Positions 40,443 through 52,385 of a stretch of DNA of 64,000 bases are shown in pieces. The notes below the pieces were generated by a model. It saw nothing but the letters and a program-made list of their open reading frames with translations, had not been told where the DNA came from and searched no databases. Numbering within the stretch: position 1 is the first letter of the stretch; every line of letters begins with the position of its first letter. Location: the NCBI GenBank assembly GCA_002104905.1, contig MCFE01000059.1, forward strand, positions 130,856 through 194,855. The letters are read 5' to 3'. The DNA is from Basidiobolus meristosporus CBS 931.73. Lineage: Eukaryota; Fungi; Basidiobolomycota. Position numbers and translations under genes: made by a program.

Positions 40443-41855
40443 CTATTTGTTCACAAAGGATTTTTTTAGTTGGGCGCTCGGGCACCATTGTGAAACTGGG
40501 CATTCTGAACATTTGGGCTTCACCCCCTTGCACATGATCTGTCCAAAGCCAACAAGCAAGGGGTTGATCCCCCTCCAGTATTCCTGAGGCAGCCAGTCTT
40601 CTAAAGCCTAATTAATATACACGTATGAGGGATATGGGGATATTCTCCAAGAGAAAATGCCACAGCTTTACCACTCTGGTGTCTTCTGGAGCCGTAGTTT
40701 TCACCCATCCTAGTCGGTTGGTAATACGATGGACATGAATATCAACACCAATGCCAGTATTTCTAAGGGATTTCGGATCAGCACCAGTAGGAAAACAAGA
40801 CAATATGGAAAAGCTCACTTGAACCAAGCACATTGCATCGTCAGATAAGCCTAAGGGCGTATATCAGACTCCTAGTTCAAGAATACAAAGTACCAAAGCT
40901 CAATACCATCTTGGGGCCCACACCAGGGAGTTTGATCAAATCCTCTACATTATCTGGAATGTCGCCATCATATTGCTCGACGCATATTTTGGCGGAGCGT
41001 TGTATAAAGCTAGGTATGCGACGTCAATACAAAGGGACGCCAAATACACATGCATTGTTGAAAAAGCCTACCCTCTCTTGGACTGATGAAAGCCAACTTT
41101 ACTGATGCATTGACCCAGCAATTCACCATCCATCTCGAGAACTGACTTGGCGGAAATTTCCCCGAGTTGATTCAGCTTCTTGATAGCATCTGCCGTCACT
41201 TCGTCTTTGGTTCTTGAAGAAAGCATCAGCGCCAGAAGAGTTTGAAATCTAAAATTCTGCCTGGATTGTTGATATACTATACACTTCCGATATCAAATCA
41301 ATTGGATCAAGTGCTCACCTTTGGGTTTGCTGCTGCATCACCCAACCTCTCACATCCCATTGTATCGACAGCTGCAGTATGTGTTCGTCTATATTCAGCA
41401 ATTTTGTCATACACCATCTTCCAATTTTCTGGCTCCTCGTTGAGTTCTCTTTTGTTCGCCTTGGAGCGGGTGAATACTTTGGGTAGCGTATCTAGATTTT
41501 TCTCTTTTTTCAAAGTGATCTTCTTTGTTGGCGTATCGAGAGGAAAGTATTTAAGCGAGGAGGAATCTGTGAGCGTATTCTCTTCTTTCTTGATTGGTTG
41601 AAAATCGACCTTCGAGGCGGCGGGATCACCGCTGGTCTTGGATGTTTTCGTGTATTTCCTGGGAACTTTCTGGCCCCCCAGGCGCGCCGCCTTCGAAATG
41701 GACTCTGGAGTGGTGTTTTCTTGCTTTACCAGGTTTTCACCTTCCGAAGAATTGGTGTCGGAGAAATCGCTGGGAACTGGGGTCAAACTCGAGTCCGAGC
41801 TGAAATCCACTTCTTTTTTGACTTTTGTGCTTCTGGAATTAGACCTTAGTTTCAT
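40443..41855 (-). CDS. NTH1: Endonuclease III-like DNA glycosylase; multi-exon
   Basis: [11 protein letters not shown], HhH motif [26 protein letters not shown], and 4Fe-4S motif [17 protein letters not shown] (C-X6-C-X2-C-X5-C). Confidence 0.95.
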
Positions 41856-42228
41856 GCTCGACAGGTGGACTACCTGGGACAGTGGAGCTGCGTAAAAGGG
41901 AATTGGGTGAGGAATTAAATTGGTAATGTTAATGTATGCTTTAAAAAAATTGCTCCGAAGATTCACCATCAATGGTCAGGAAATCTGGTCGCACCCATCA
42001 ATTCAGGATTATATAGTGTGGGTTGACTGAGGTAATCAGATCGGTCGTCAATGTTCCTTCATTTGACTTCACCTACAAATACATCTGTTTACTTCATAAA
42101 ATCAAAGCCACCAATCATCGAGGCGTGGCATCAACTATGAGTAGACACTGACCTATGATTACGATCTAGGTGATGATTTTGTAATCGTGTTTAGCACAGT
42201 GACCTGTCTTACCCAAGACGCTTTCATT

Positions 42229-43619
42229 ATGTTTAAAACAGTTGCTCGATTACAGTTACATAATAATACGCGCTTCACGCGTTTGGCTCTCAGGAGTGGT
42301 CTCATACCCTCGAAACGATACTTCAGTGATGTTCCAGAGTTCACTGTCGATCATCTAGTCATTGGCGGGGGAGTGGTTGGCTTAGCAGTAGCCGAGAGAC
42401 TGTCGAGGCATTCAGGAAGTTCTACCATTGTAGTTGAAAAGAACTCAAGAATCGGTGAGGAGACCAGGTTTGTTAAAAGATCCATTATCTTGGCCAGTCG
42501 TGTTTGACCAGTCTCAACAGAAGTGGTCTAATAGCTGATTCTACTTTGTAGTTCTCGTAACAGTGAAGTTATTCATGCCGGCCTTTACTACCCGGAGGAC
42601 TCTTTAAAGACCAGCCTGTGTATTCGCGGAAAAAACATGTTATATGATTTTTGTAACAAGCATGCTGTTCCTCATTCGCAAATCGGCAAGTGGGTTGTAG
42701 CCAAAAATGAGGAGCAAACAGACTATTTGTTACGATTGGAAGAGAAGGCGAAGCGCTTGAACATCCCAGCAGAGTTTATATCTTTGAAAGAGAGAGAGAG
42801 ACTAGAGCCAGCAGTCAGAGCCAAAGAAGCTTTAGTAAGTCCAACTACGGGAATCGTTGACTCCCACGCATTGATGGAACGCCTAGAATACATCATCACC
42901 GAGAACGGGGCTGATGTTGCATGTATGACCTCAGTAGAGGGAATAGTGAAGGCCGAGGGTGGTCAAGGATATATGGTGAAGGTGAACACCGATGGCGATG
43001 TAAGTTTCATCTTAGCCAAGACTGTTATCAATTGTGCTGGATTATGGGCAGATCGTATCGCAGGCATGGTGATGGACCAGAACAGTCAAAGCTGGAAAGA
43101 TTTGAAAATTCACTATGTGAAAGGACATTACTATGGCTACCGTGGCTTACCAAAGGTGTCTCGGCTGATATATCCTTGCCCCGAGAGAAACCTCGCTGGT
43201 CTAGGAACTCATTTAACTTTAGATCTGGCTGGCAAAATGAAGTTTGGCCCAGATGTTAAATATATCAAGGACCCCAGCGATTACCATATCGAAGAAGGTG
43301 AAAGGCTAGACGACTTTCTGAATGCCATTAGAGAGTACCTGCCAGAAGTCAGGCAGGAGGGCCTGTATGCGGACTACACCGGAATCAGGTAATTGAACAA
43401 ACAATTTCACACCACTGTGCATTCCATTGATTCCGATTTCATGCAAGACCGAAGCTTCAAGCACCTGGTGACCCATTTAGGGATTTTGTTATCCGAGAAG
43501 AAATCGACAATAATCTGCCTGGCTTCGTCAACTGCGTAGGCATCGAAAGTCCCGGTTTGACCGCGTCGTTGGCCATCGGGGAGATGGTAGAGAGGATCCT
43601 TTATGGGAAGTCGCTTTAA
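42229..43619 (+). CDS. L2HGDH: L-2-hydroxyglutarate dehydrogenase, mitochondrial; two introns
   Basis: Arg-rich presequence, IGGGVVGLA (FAD binding), SSRNSEVIHAG, GLGTHLTLD, FGPD, GIESPGLTASLAIGE. Confidence 0.92.
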
Positions 43620-43911
43620 ATGAAGTAAAATGCTCGCGATTTTTATTGTATTCTGAATTTCAAGATACCGAGGGTTCACTCGCATTGTCTGGTGTTGCAT
43701 CAATAAAGTTACCTCTGATACCCATAAACTGCAGATATAGGGAGCATAAACTTGTTTCAAGGTTTCCAGCTTAAAACGTATTATGTGGAAGAGAGCGATG
43801 CGAAAAAGATGCTCTAAACTGGAAAGGGGAGGCGTATCATTAGGCTTGTGGTACTCTGGGTAAAGACTGAATCAAAATGCTTGGTGATGGGAATGTCTAT
43901 TTGGAGCAGAA

Positions 43912-46799
43912 TCAATAGGAATTTTTTAAACGATGGTTTTCCTCCCGTAATTGCTCCAGTTCTTCTTCCATTTTCTGGGTTTGGCTTGCTTGGCTTTCAA
44001 GCCAGTCTTCACGCATTTCCTCCTGATTAAACTGGTTAGATATCCAAGAGCTCCGCCGAGAAAGTCTTTCGCACAATAATGCAAGATTCTTACCTGCTGA
44101 ATAAACATTTGCCGGACCATTTCCAATTGCATGGCTCTAATTTCTTCTCGAATTGAGGCTTGAACCTCACTAACATAATCTCTGAGGCACTCTTGCACCA
44201 CTTGCTGAACCACCTGGACCTGAGTTTCTGAGAAATGCCCTGCCATATCTCCAGCATCCCGATGCAGCATATGGTCATTGATTCTGGATGATATTCCTAA
44301 CGAATCGGCTCCTGGTGTACTAGCTTGGGCCAGTAAGCCCCGTCCGTTCGGTTTGGGGGTTCCATTAGAAGTAATGCGAGAATGGGTCGTATGATGCCGG
44401 ATAGCGCCACTTGGGGTCTGAATGAAGAATCGTTAGTATCGGAAGTCTGTGAAAATCACTAAGGTGGCGACGAAATCATACCTCTCCCGAGTACAATTTA
44501 GTAGGCGAATACGGGCTTTTCAGGTTGCTTGAAGCAACGCTACCTAGAGTTCTTGGGGAATTCGTCAAGCCAATGGGGGTGCTGTACAACACATCTGTAT
44601 GTCGTGAAGTATTTGTGGGCGTAATAGGCCCACCGGTGACGGACAAACTTCGTTGGCGAACCTCCTCTCTATCCTGGCTAGGTATCTCCGGATTTACACT
44701 GCTACCAGTCACAATCATTGATTTTGGTCGAGTAGCATGACGGCTACCAATGCTACGCGTAGAAGGAGTGTTCGTGTTAGGAGATATAAGTGACTCTAGT
44801 ACACAGGCGTTAGACTTGAAAAGGGATGTCTGACTATCGTTTGTAGCAAAAGGAATACCTAGTTGCTGTTTACCTCGGATAGGGGAGTATCCGATGGTGC
44901 TATCTAAAGTGAATCGTCGCGTATCAGGGGAAATTGATTCGTCCGCTGAACAATATATCAATAAACGGATCTGATCACACGGACTTGGACAAGGATATAC
45001 ATACCCAACCGATAGGTTGGCTTTGTTTGGAACTTGGACTCCTCTATCGATGAATCAAGATCCTCAGCGCCAGGCAAAGTTGGGCCGGTTCGATGATGCG
45101 CTATATAGAAGCATTAACCTCAAACCAAACAGAGATCTTGCTATCATACAAATGAGACGTCTGTATCTTACGTTCATGAAGCAGTGATGGCGAGCTAAAA
45201 TCTACGCTTGGCGAGCTAAATAGCGGGCTATTGGGCGAATTTACCCCAGGCATACTGAATCGCGCTGTGTTGCCAGCGATCCGAGCAATACCAGGGTTTC
45301 GTTTGGCACGAGGAGTTTTCACCGGAGCGCCGGTCTAGCAGTGAGGTTAATACATAAATAAGGGCATTTCAAATGGCTGATTACCGTACGTACTTGATAT
45401 AGAACGGTCCGAACTCGCTCCCCTTCGATTTGTGTTGTTTTAATAGGCTCCTTTAAATCCAATTTGTAGGCAAATATTACACCTGAGGGAACGATGCGGG
45501 AAAAAACGCTTAATCTCAAGCTTCGAGTTGACCTCTGATAAGGAGTTACCTTGATTCGTCCCCACAATGAATATTGGGGATTCTGCCGTGCAAGCCAAAG
45601 CGGTTAGAGGGGCCGAAGCGGTCCATGTACGAACAGCCCTTTTTCGCGCGTTACAAAGAGTAATTAGGCCTTTGCCGAATGCTTTGACAATGTCGAATCC
45701 CAATGTGATAATTACCTTTTGCGATCCACGTCAAAAACGAAGATCTTTCTATCTAAACCAACTGAGCACAGCATCATATGATTGAAGGGAGAAAACTGCA
45801 ATCCAGTAATAGGCGCATGATGTGCGTTCCGCTCAACATGGACTGTACGCGGAAGCTCTTGAGTGTTCCAGAAGTAGATGTGTCCGTCATCGCCGGCAGC
45901 CACCAAGTGGGAACGTTTGGTCGAAAACTCAAGATGAACAAGCCGCTAAATATGGCTCAGTTAGCTTGGTCCACAGCTCGTGGCATATTAATACACTTTA
46001 CTTCTGAGGCGTCATGAATCAATTTAGTAGCAGTGTTCTTCATAAGATTGTGTAGATAGAGAACATTGTCAGCATCTAATGAAGCTAGGAAGCTATCATC
46101 GCTATTAATAGCAATAGCTGCAATTGGCCCATTATGCTCTTGCTAAAAAACCATTAGATTTCCTTCTGGGTGAAAAGGGAAGCTGCGTAAATACCTCCAC
46201 TCGATCGACAAATTCTCGAGTATTGCAATCCAAGCATCGAAGGACGCCGGCGCTTCCACCTATCCAGAGTCGACCAGAACGTGGAGCAAATCGAATTGCT
46301 TGTACATTTTCTTGCAACTGGACTTAAAGGTGAGTGCTAGAGATAAAGTACCAAGAATGTCATTTCACGTACACGTTGTTTGTCCCATAGATCCCATAAA
46401 ACATATCCATCATTATCTTGATGGTACAGAGAGATAGAATGCTGCACATCCAAAATAGCAAGCATAGAGTCTGTTAAATTGAAGGGTTGAGGAAAACATT
46501 CAATCGAAGTGCAGTGCATGTCAACTATATATCATCATGGGCGGCAACTCAAAAAAGATACTCTCAGGATTCCAGCAAACCATAACTGCCTCTGCTTGCA
46601 ACGGTACAGAGTTGGTTAGGTCCATCTCAGACGCTCTGTTCCACCAAGTGATATCGGTCTTGGAACCCGTTTCAGGAATAGCCAAGCTGTAAGTGATCAG
46701 AGATTTCGAACCGACAAGCAAGGTTCCGCGAGTTAGGGAACTTGTACCATTAGCAACACCCATACTGGGAGTATTGGTGTTGGAGGGAATTCTAGACAT
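43912..46799 (-). CDS. NEDD1/GCP-WD-like WD40 protein (gamma-tubulin ring complex targeting factor); multi-exon
   Basis: WD repeats (AHHAPITGLQFSPFNHMMLCSVGLDRKIFVFDV), an S/T/P-rich linker, and a C-terminal helix QVQVVQQVVQECLRDYVSEVQASIREEIRAMQLEMVRQMFIQQ resembling the NEDD1 gamma-tubulin-binding tail. Confidence 0.75.
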
Positions 46800-48992
46800 A
46801 TTCCTAGTACTGTTATTGGAAAAGCGCTTTGACAATCAATCGAGGTAATGTTTCCACAAAATTGCTTTAGTAGGCGGTAATATTTAAAGGATTCTATGTC
46901 TACACGGGTAGATATATGAAAATTGAAGTAGCACCCAAGTAAAATGCAAGAATAAATAAGTTGGATTGTCAAGGAAACGCAACAAAAGCCAAGTGAATAC
47001 TATTCAAAATACAACCAATATGTTTGTATTGCCCAACCTCTGACCTGATATTCATCAAATGCTTGGATTCCTATTTACTTGGATTTCCCAAGCAGATTTC
47101 TCGTTTGTATTCTCCAATAATACATCCTATTTAGTGCCTAAACGTATTCTATTTTTTTCTCGTTTGTTTTGATAATAAAATTCTTTGCCTTATAGTTAAA
47201 TTGCCTAGATCTAATTAATGAAAGGTTACCTAAACTATGCGAGTGTCACGTGCGCCTGAACTCATCAAGGGTAACCCTACCCATCATGTTAATGCTCTTA
47301 TTTATTGCTAAAATTTCCAACAACAGCGTATGGTGCACTTTTTGCGAACTGGGCGTATTCGTGAACTCAGCTTCAATATAGGTCTGGAAGGGTTGTGAAA
47401 AAGTTTGAGATTCAGCGAGGTCTTTTCATTAATATACTAATGCACACCTCCATGACCTGGTCAGCTTGTTGTGTATTATTGACTCAAGGAGTGCATTGGT
47501 TTGGAAAGCAAGGTGCGCGATATTCAGTCGAAATGGCTGGCTAGAGAATATACAAAATTACATCTTCTTGAGCAAGGTTTCGGCATTCTTGTTTGCATAT
47601 CGATAGGCTATCGATGGAAAGACGAATTGGCAGGCGAACTTGACATCATGCAGCCGGATAACTTTTCTTTTGGAGCCTGTTATCAGGCTATACGTCTCTA
47701 AATACAGCCCTTTAGAATTGAAAAATCGTCATGCAAATAAGGAGAATAGAAACCATTCATTATTTTCCAGAGCAAGTCGTCGCACATACATTCCAGGATA
47801 CACATGGCAGGCGTAGATATCTCAATCCGTTTATGAAAACTGTTTAAAACTCTATTGAGAGTATTCAATGACCCTATTCAACTAATAACCAAACTAGCTA
47901 CTTATTTACGTAAAGATATGAGGATGGAAGTATATTTCCTCCCCATTTTCCTTATTTTTCCATAACATATGGTGGATAAGCTTGTCGTATAATGGTTCAT
48001 ATCCCCCTTCCTCGATAGCCTTGTAAGAGTTGAGGGTAGAGCTCCTGTAACATTTGTTGAGTTCAAGGTGCGGGAAATACAACTATTGTAGGTAAATACC
48101 CGGTTTGATATACATTTGAGAAGCATCTGTCTGGGCTAAAACGTGCCATACTTCATGTCAGTGTTTGCAAGGGCTTGAACGGATAATGTAACAAGTATTT
48201 AAGCCGGAGGGGGTGTTGAATCATCACGTTCTCTATGAAACACATCTCACTAAGCAATAGCTAATCAACTTTACCATCATTGTCGAAGCTGCATCCCCAT
48301 GATATGAGGGATTGGGGCCACAAATCAACTGCGACACTCATTACGTGTGAGAAGCCCAGGATTAACTCATATTCCAGTGATGATTGTGATTGTGGAAAGA
48401 CGCCATACAACCTTCCCCTCGCTGAGTACGCAAATGTGACCAAAACCCCACAGACCAGAATGAGTTGGATAGTATCATTCTGTCCACCTCTGATGCGTAT
48501 TCTCACGCTGAATCATTGAATATATCCAAGTTCAGCTACCGATGACATTAATGACTGTGGTGGAGGGAACACTCATCAGCAGCACCTGGATGCTACTTTG
48601 TATACGCAGAAGTGAAGCTACGAGCATGACAATGCCCCCAAATCAGATGATCCAATGTACCATTTTATAGAGGATACGTCAGCCTCCTCACTTAAATTAA
48701 CATTGACATGTATTGTGGATTTTATACAGGCCTCTATTACAAATCGATGGACATGGTCGATATCCTGGCGAGTTTGCCTTCATGGATGATACGGCCTGGC
48801 CTTACCAATATCACAATCTATTATTCTCCAACAATAACTGGGGTTAAAAATAAGTCATACATCAGTGGTTGTGATTAATGAATGTTCATCATTGTAATCA
48901 ATCAATCCAACGTGTCAGATATCGCTCATTCTAGTATATAAAACAGTCCACTGTTGGGGTTTGCTCATCAGCATTCCACATTCCAAATCATT

Positions 48993-49516
48993 ATGAAGGC
49001 CCAAAGCGTATACTTGTGTGTACTACTGTTGTGCATTTCCAATACTTGCCTGGTTCAAGGTATGTTCTTAGTATCTGATTTTTTGTGCAGGAACGAAACG
49101 GTTAACCCCGTAGCTAAGCTCAATCAAGCACCTCGCAGCCTCCAGCCGAATCTCCGAGCAACAACAAAGAAATCACTAAAGTAATTGAAAGCACATCCAT
49201 ACAATCATCGCAAGGTGCGCAACAAACTCAAGGGAGCATGAACCAAGGAGGCCCTCAGAATCCACGGAATACAGGGAGTGGAGCCACCCCGACTGGCACG
49301 GGAGCAGGCCAAAATCAAACTATAACAAGTACCCAGTCATCCAACAACTCGGCGACAGCAACAACACGACCACCCATTGATTATCCTACACCATCAACAC
49401 ATGCAACTGCCTATTTCCCAAATGTGTACAAAAACCCTAACCAGGGAAATACTCTATATAGTGCAGAATTAACGGCGATTTCTCTTATAATAGGGGTATT
49501 TCATTTTATGTGCTGA
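48993..49516 (+). CDS. Small Ser/Thr/Gln-rich secreted, probably GPI-anchored protein; one intron
   Basis: Signal MKAQSVYLCVLLLCISNTCLVQ. A GTATGT intron joins in frame to AQSSTSQPPAESPS...; hydrophobic C-terminus TAISLIIGVFHFMC. Confidence 0.65.
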
Positions 49517-52385
49517 ATCCTAAATCACCATGCGGACATACAATCATTATAGCATATCCTACACAATACAACGCTGCATGTACCTAAACCGCCATTGTCA
49601 AATTGGCTAGATAATTGATTGACTAAGCAATCAATAAATCGAGGTTAGCCCTTTAATCAGTGAATACACGGTCAATAATGAATCAACTGGAATTTTCCAA
49701 GGCTTGGCTGGTGGCACCCATCATGGTACGCTTGTGCATAATGGACATAACAATGAGCACGAACATATACCAGCATATGAGAAAACATATTTCTAGAAGA
49801 GTAGTACCAAGTATTTATTACCATTAGTATTATCCCAAACTCACAGCTTATTTCTGCTATATCTCTGCGACACTGCTGTAGCATTCCTCTGAGAGTTTAC
49901 AGGTGTTTTAGGAGGCACTAAGTCCGCCATAGCTTTGAAGGGTTGAATTGTATCCTGTTAGCTCTAGCCTACCTGGACACTATTTTCCTTTTATGTATAT
50001 CCTCCGACCTCCAATGAAAGTGCATACACACTAATGATTTAATCAATCAGATAACCCAGCAAAAGTCAAGGTACTGCTACTCAGATATAATACCGTAATT
50101 AGCTTGACTTGTAGAATTTTTCACACAGTATGGTAGCATCTGAAAACCTCAGACAAATGGTATATGCGCAGGGCTCAGTGCAAAAGTGTTACTCTGATTG
50201 AGAATAGGAAGTGCTCCAAGTCTAATTGATGATGAGGCCTACCTATGATACTATGTGGTGAAGGGTTAGCTGTGCATTTATCTATGCAGACCATCTCTAC
50301 GATATAGCTGGGATATAATTAAGCACATCTTTATATATCATAGACCTATTTTGTGGAGAGTTTGTGGTATATACTACTGATTCATATCCTATCTGTCACA
50401 TGGAGTCTTATCATTCATCTTGTGTACCAGAGCGAAAAATCCCCGCATCATTTTGCTTACCATTGATATGATATGATCCAAGATTACTTCGCATTTCGGT
50501 AGTGAGGAACTGCCACAAGCCGAGCCAGAATATTCAATACTTTTCTATACGACCATTTTCGTCAAAATGCCTATTCTTGCTGGAGTGAATGTCTGGAATC
50601 CCAATGAGATCAACATGGATCACTGATATCCGGTCATATTTCGGCACTCCTGGAATGCTGAAAACCACTTCGGTGTAGCCGCCAATCTGATAAAACCTAT
50701 TATAACGATACAGTTGGAATTGTAAATATCGATTTCTCACAATGTTACATCATGTGTCCTTTTGGAATTTCCAATAGAATTAAACTTCTCCTTTATAATC
50801 AGTTGATCATTTCATCATGGTTGTGCGTGATCACATCTTTTTCCAACGAGCACAATCTATTAGTTGGTTTAACATTTTATATTAGTTGACTTTGAATAGC
50901 GTAGTAGCACCCAATTACATCGGGAAAAATATAGCGTCTTGGAAACCATCCTGACTGGAAACCCTGGATAGGGAAATCTTTTCTGATTATGCTTTACAAA
51001 AATACCTTCCAGCCCAATCGTTTTTTTCTGTGGCAACCTTCTAATTCATTAACACTATTGATCCCTCATTCATTAGTCTCGACTTCGTTGTTCTTTTTAT
51101 AAATAGATCAGATTGAGTAAAAGAATCAAGTTTTTCACATATCAGATCTTTCCCGAATGTTATTACAAGGGATCCATATTTATATTATTCTTTGATATAT
51201 TTCTATAGAATCAACCCCGCGTAATTCCTCCATGGAAAATTCACACCGTCAATTTATCCTAACCAACAGCTGACCAAGAATCTTGACACCAGGAAGCCTA
51301 CTTCAATCAATGAAAGTTTTACAGTATATCAGTTGGGTATTGTCCATGGGCTTAGAACGATCTATGAGTTGTGACTACAGGTATTTTTATTGACGGCTTA
51401 CTATATCAATCATGAATTCATACCTTTATATCACTTCTCAGTTATCAGATCTCAAATCACCCCATATATTAGACTCTAGAAGAAATACCCAGAGGAGATA
51501 AAAGCCTTGTATTACGGTGAACACCATTAGTTAATGCAAAGGTATACGAAAATATTTTCAGGTCTATTTATGGTAATTACAATGTCAAAAGTTCGCACAG
51601 ATTGTAACTAATGGTGATATGGTTTATAAAGAGCTATTTTGCATTTCATGCTTCGCTAATGAAAAGTAAACTAGATGAGGCGGAGCCCTAAACCATACAA
51701 TATTGAAGGCTTCTAGATCGCTTTTTTGTAATTATATCGTGAAGTCCTACAACATCAAATTTGATTGCAGTACTTATCAGATTGGATGTAAGAAAGAATA
51801 TATCTGATTGGCGAGTTACTATATAACATTCAGTTACTACAATCAGATAACATCCACCTCACCATGCTATCTGATTCACATTCAGCAAAGATCTGATTAA
51901 TGGAAATATTTTTATTGGATGAACATTCCGTGAATGAAGCTTGTAAAACATATTCAACGAATTATAACCTTTAGAATTTATCAGATGAACCGTGTTAGGA
52001 ATTTCTCGTGTTGATGGATACAAGTAGGTTTAATCAATTTTAGTACAGAAAGTGAGACCATACATTTCTTAAGATTTCAATTTTTCCTGTATAAGCGGAG
52101 AAGCAACACACGTTTTCAACGGATTCCTATTGTAGTACAGATTCCCTTTAATATCAATTGACTCATATTACTTGCAAATCAACCCAGTTGGAGCATCTCA
52201 ATAGCAAAAAATACATATTTTTGAGTAATTCGCATTTTTGGCGCCAATAGGCTCCTTCTAGTTTGGGAGAGAAAAAGTATTTAAAGATGATGAGTTGCGA
52301 CAAATGTACTTTCATTTGATAAAGCATCTCTGATCTAATCCGAATAACCGCCCATTAACAATCAAAACCAAACTCATAATAAATC

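Noticed and set aside
50000-52300. AT-rich block with one 68-aa ORF
   Set aside because: No terminal repeats, transposase or RT motifs; treated as intergenic.
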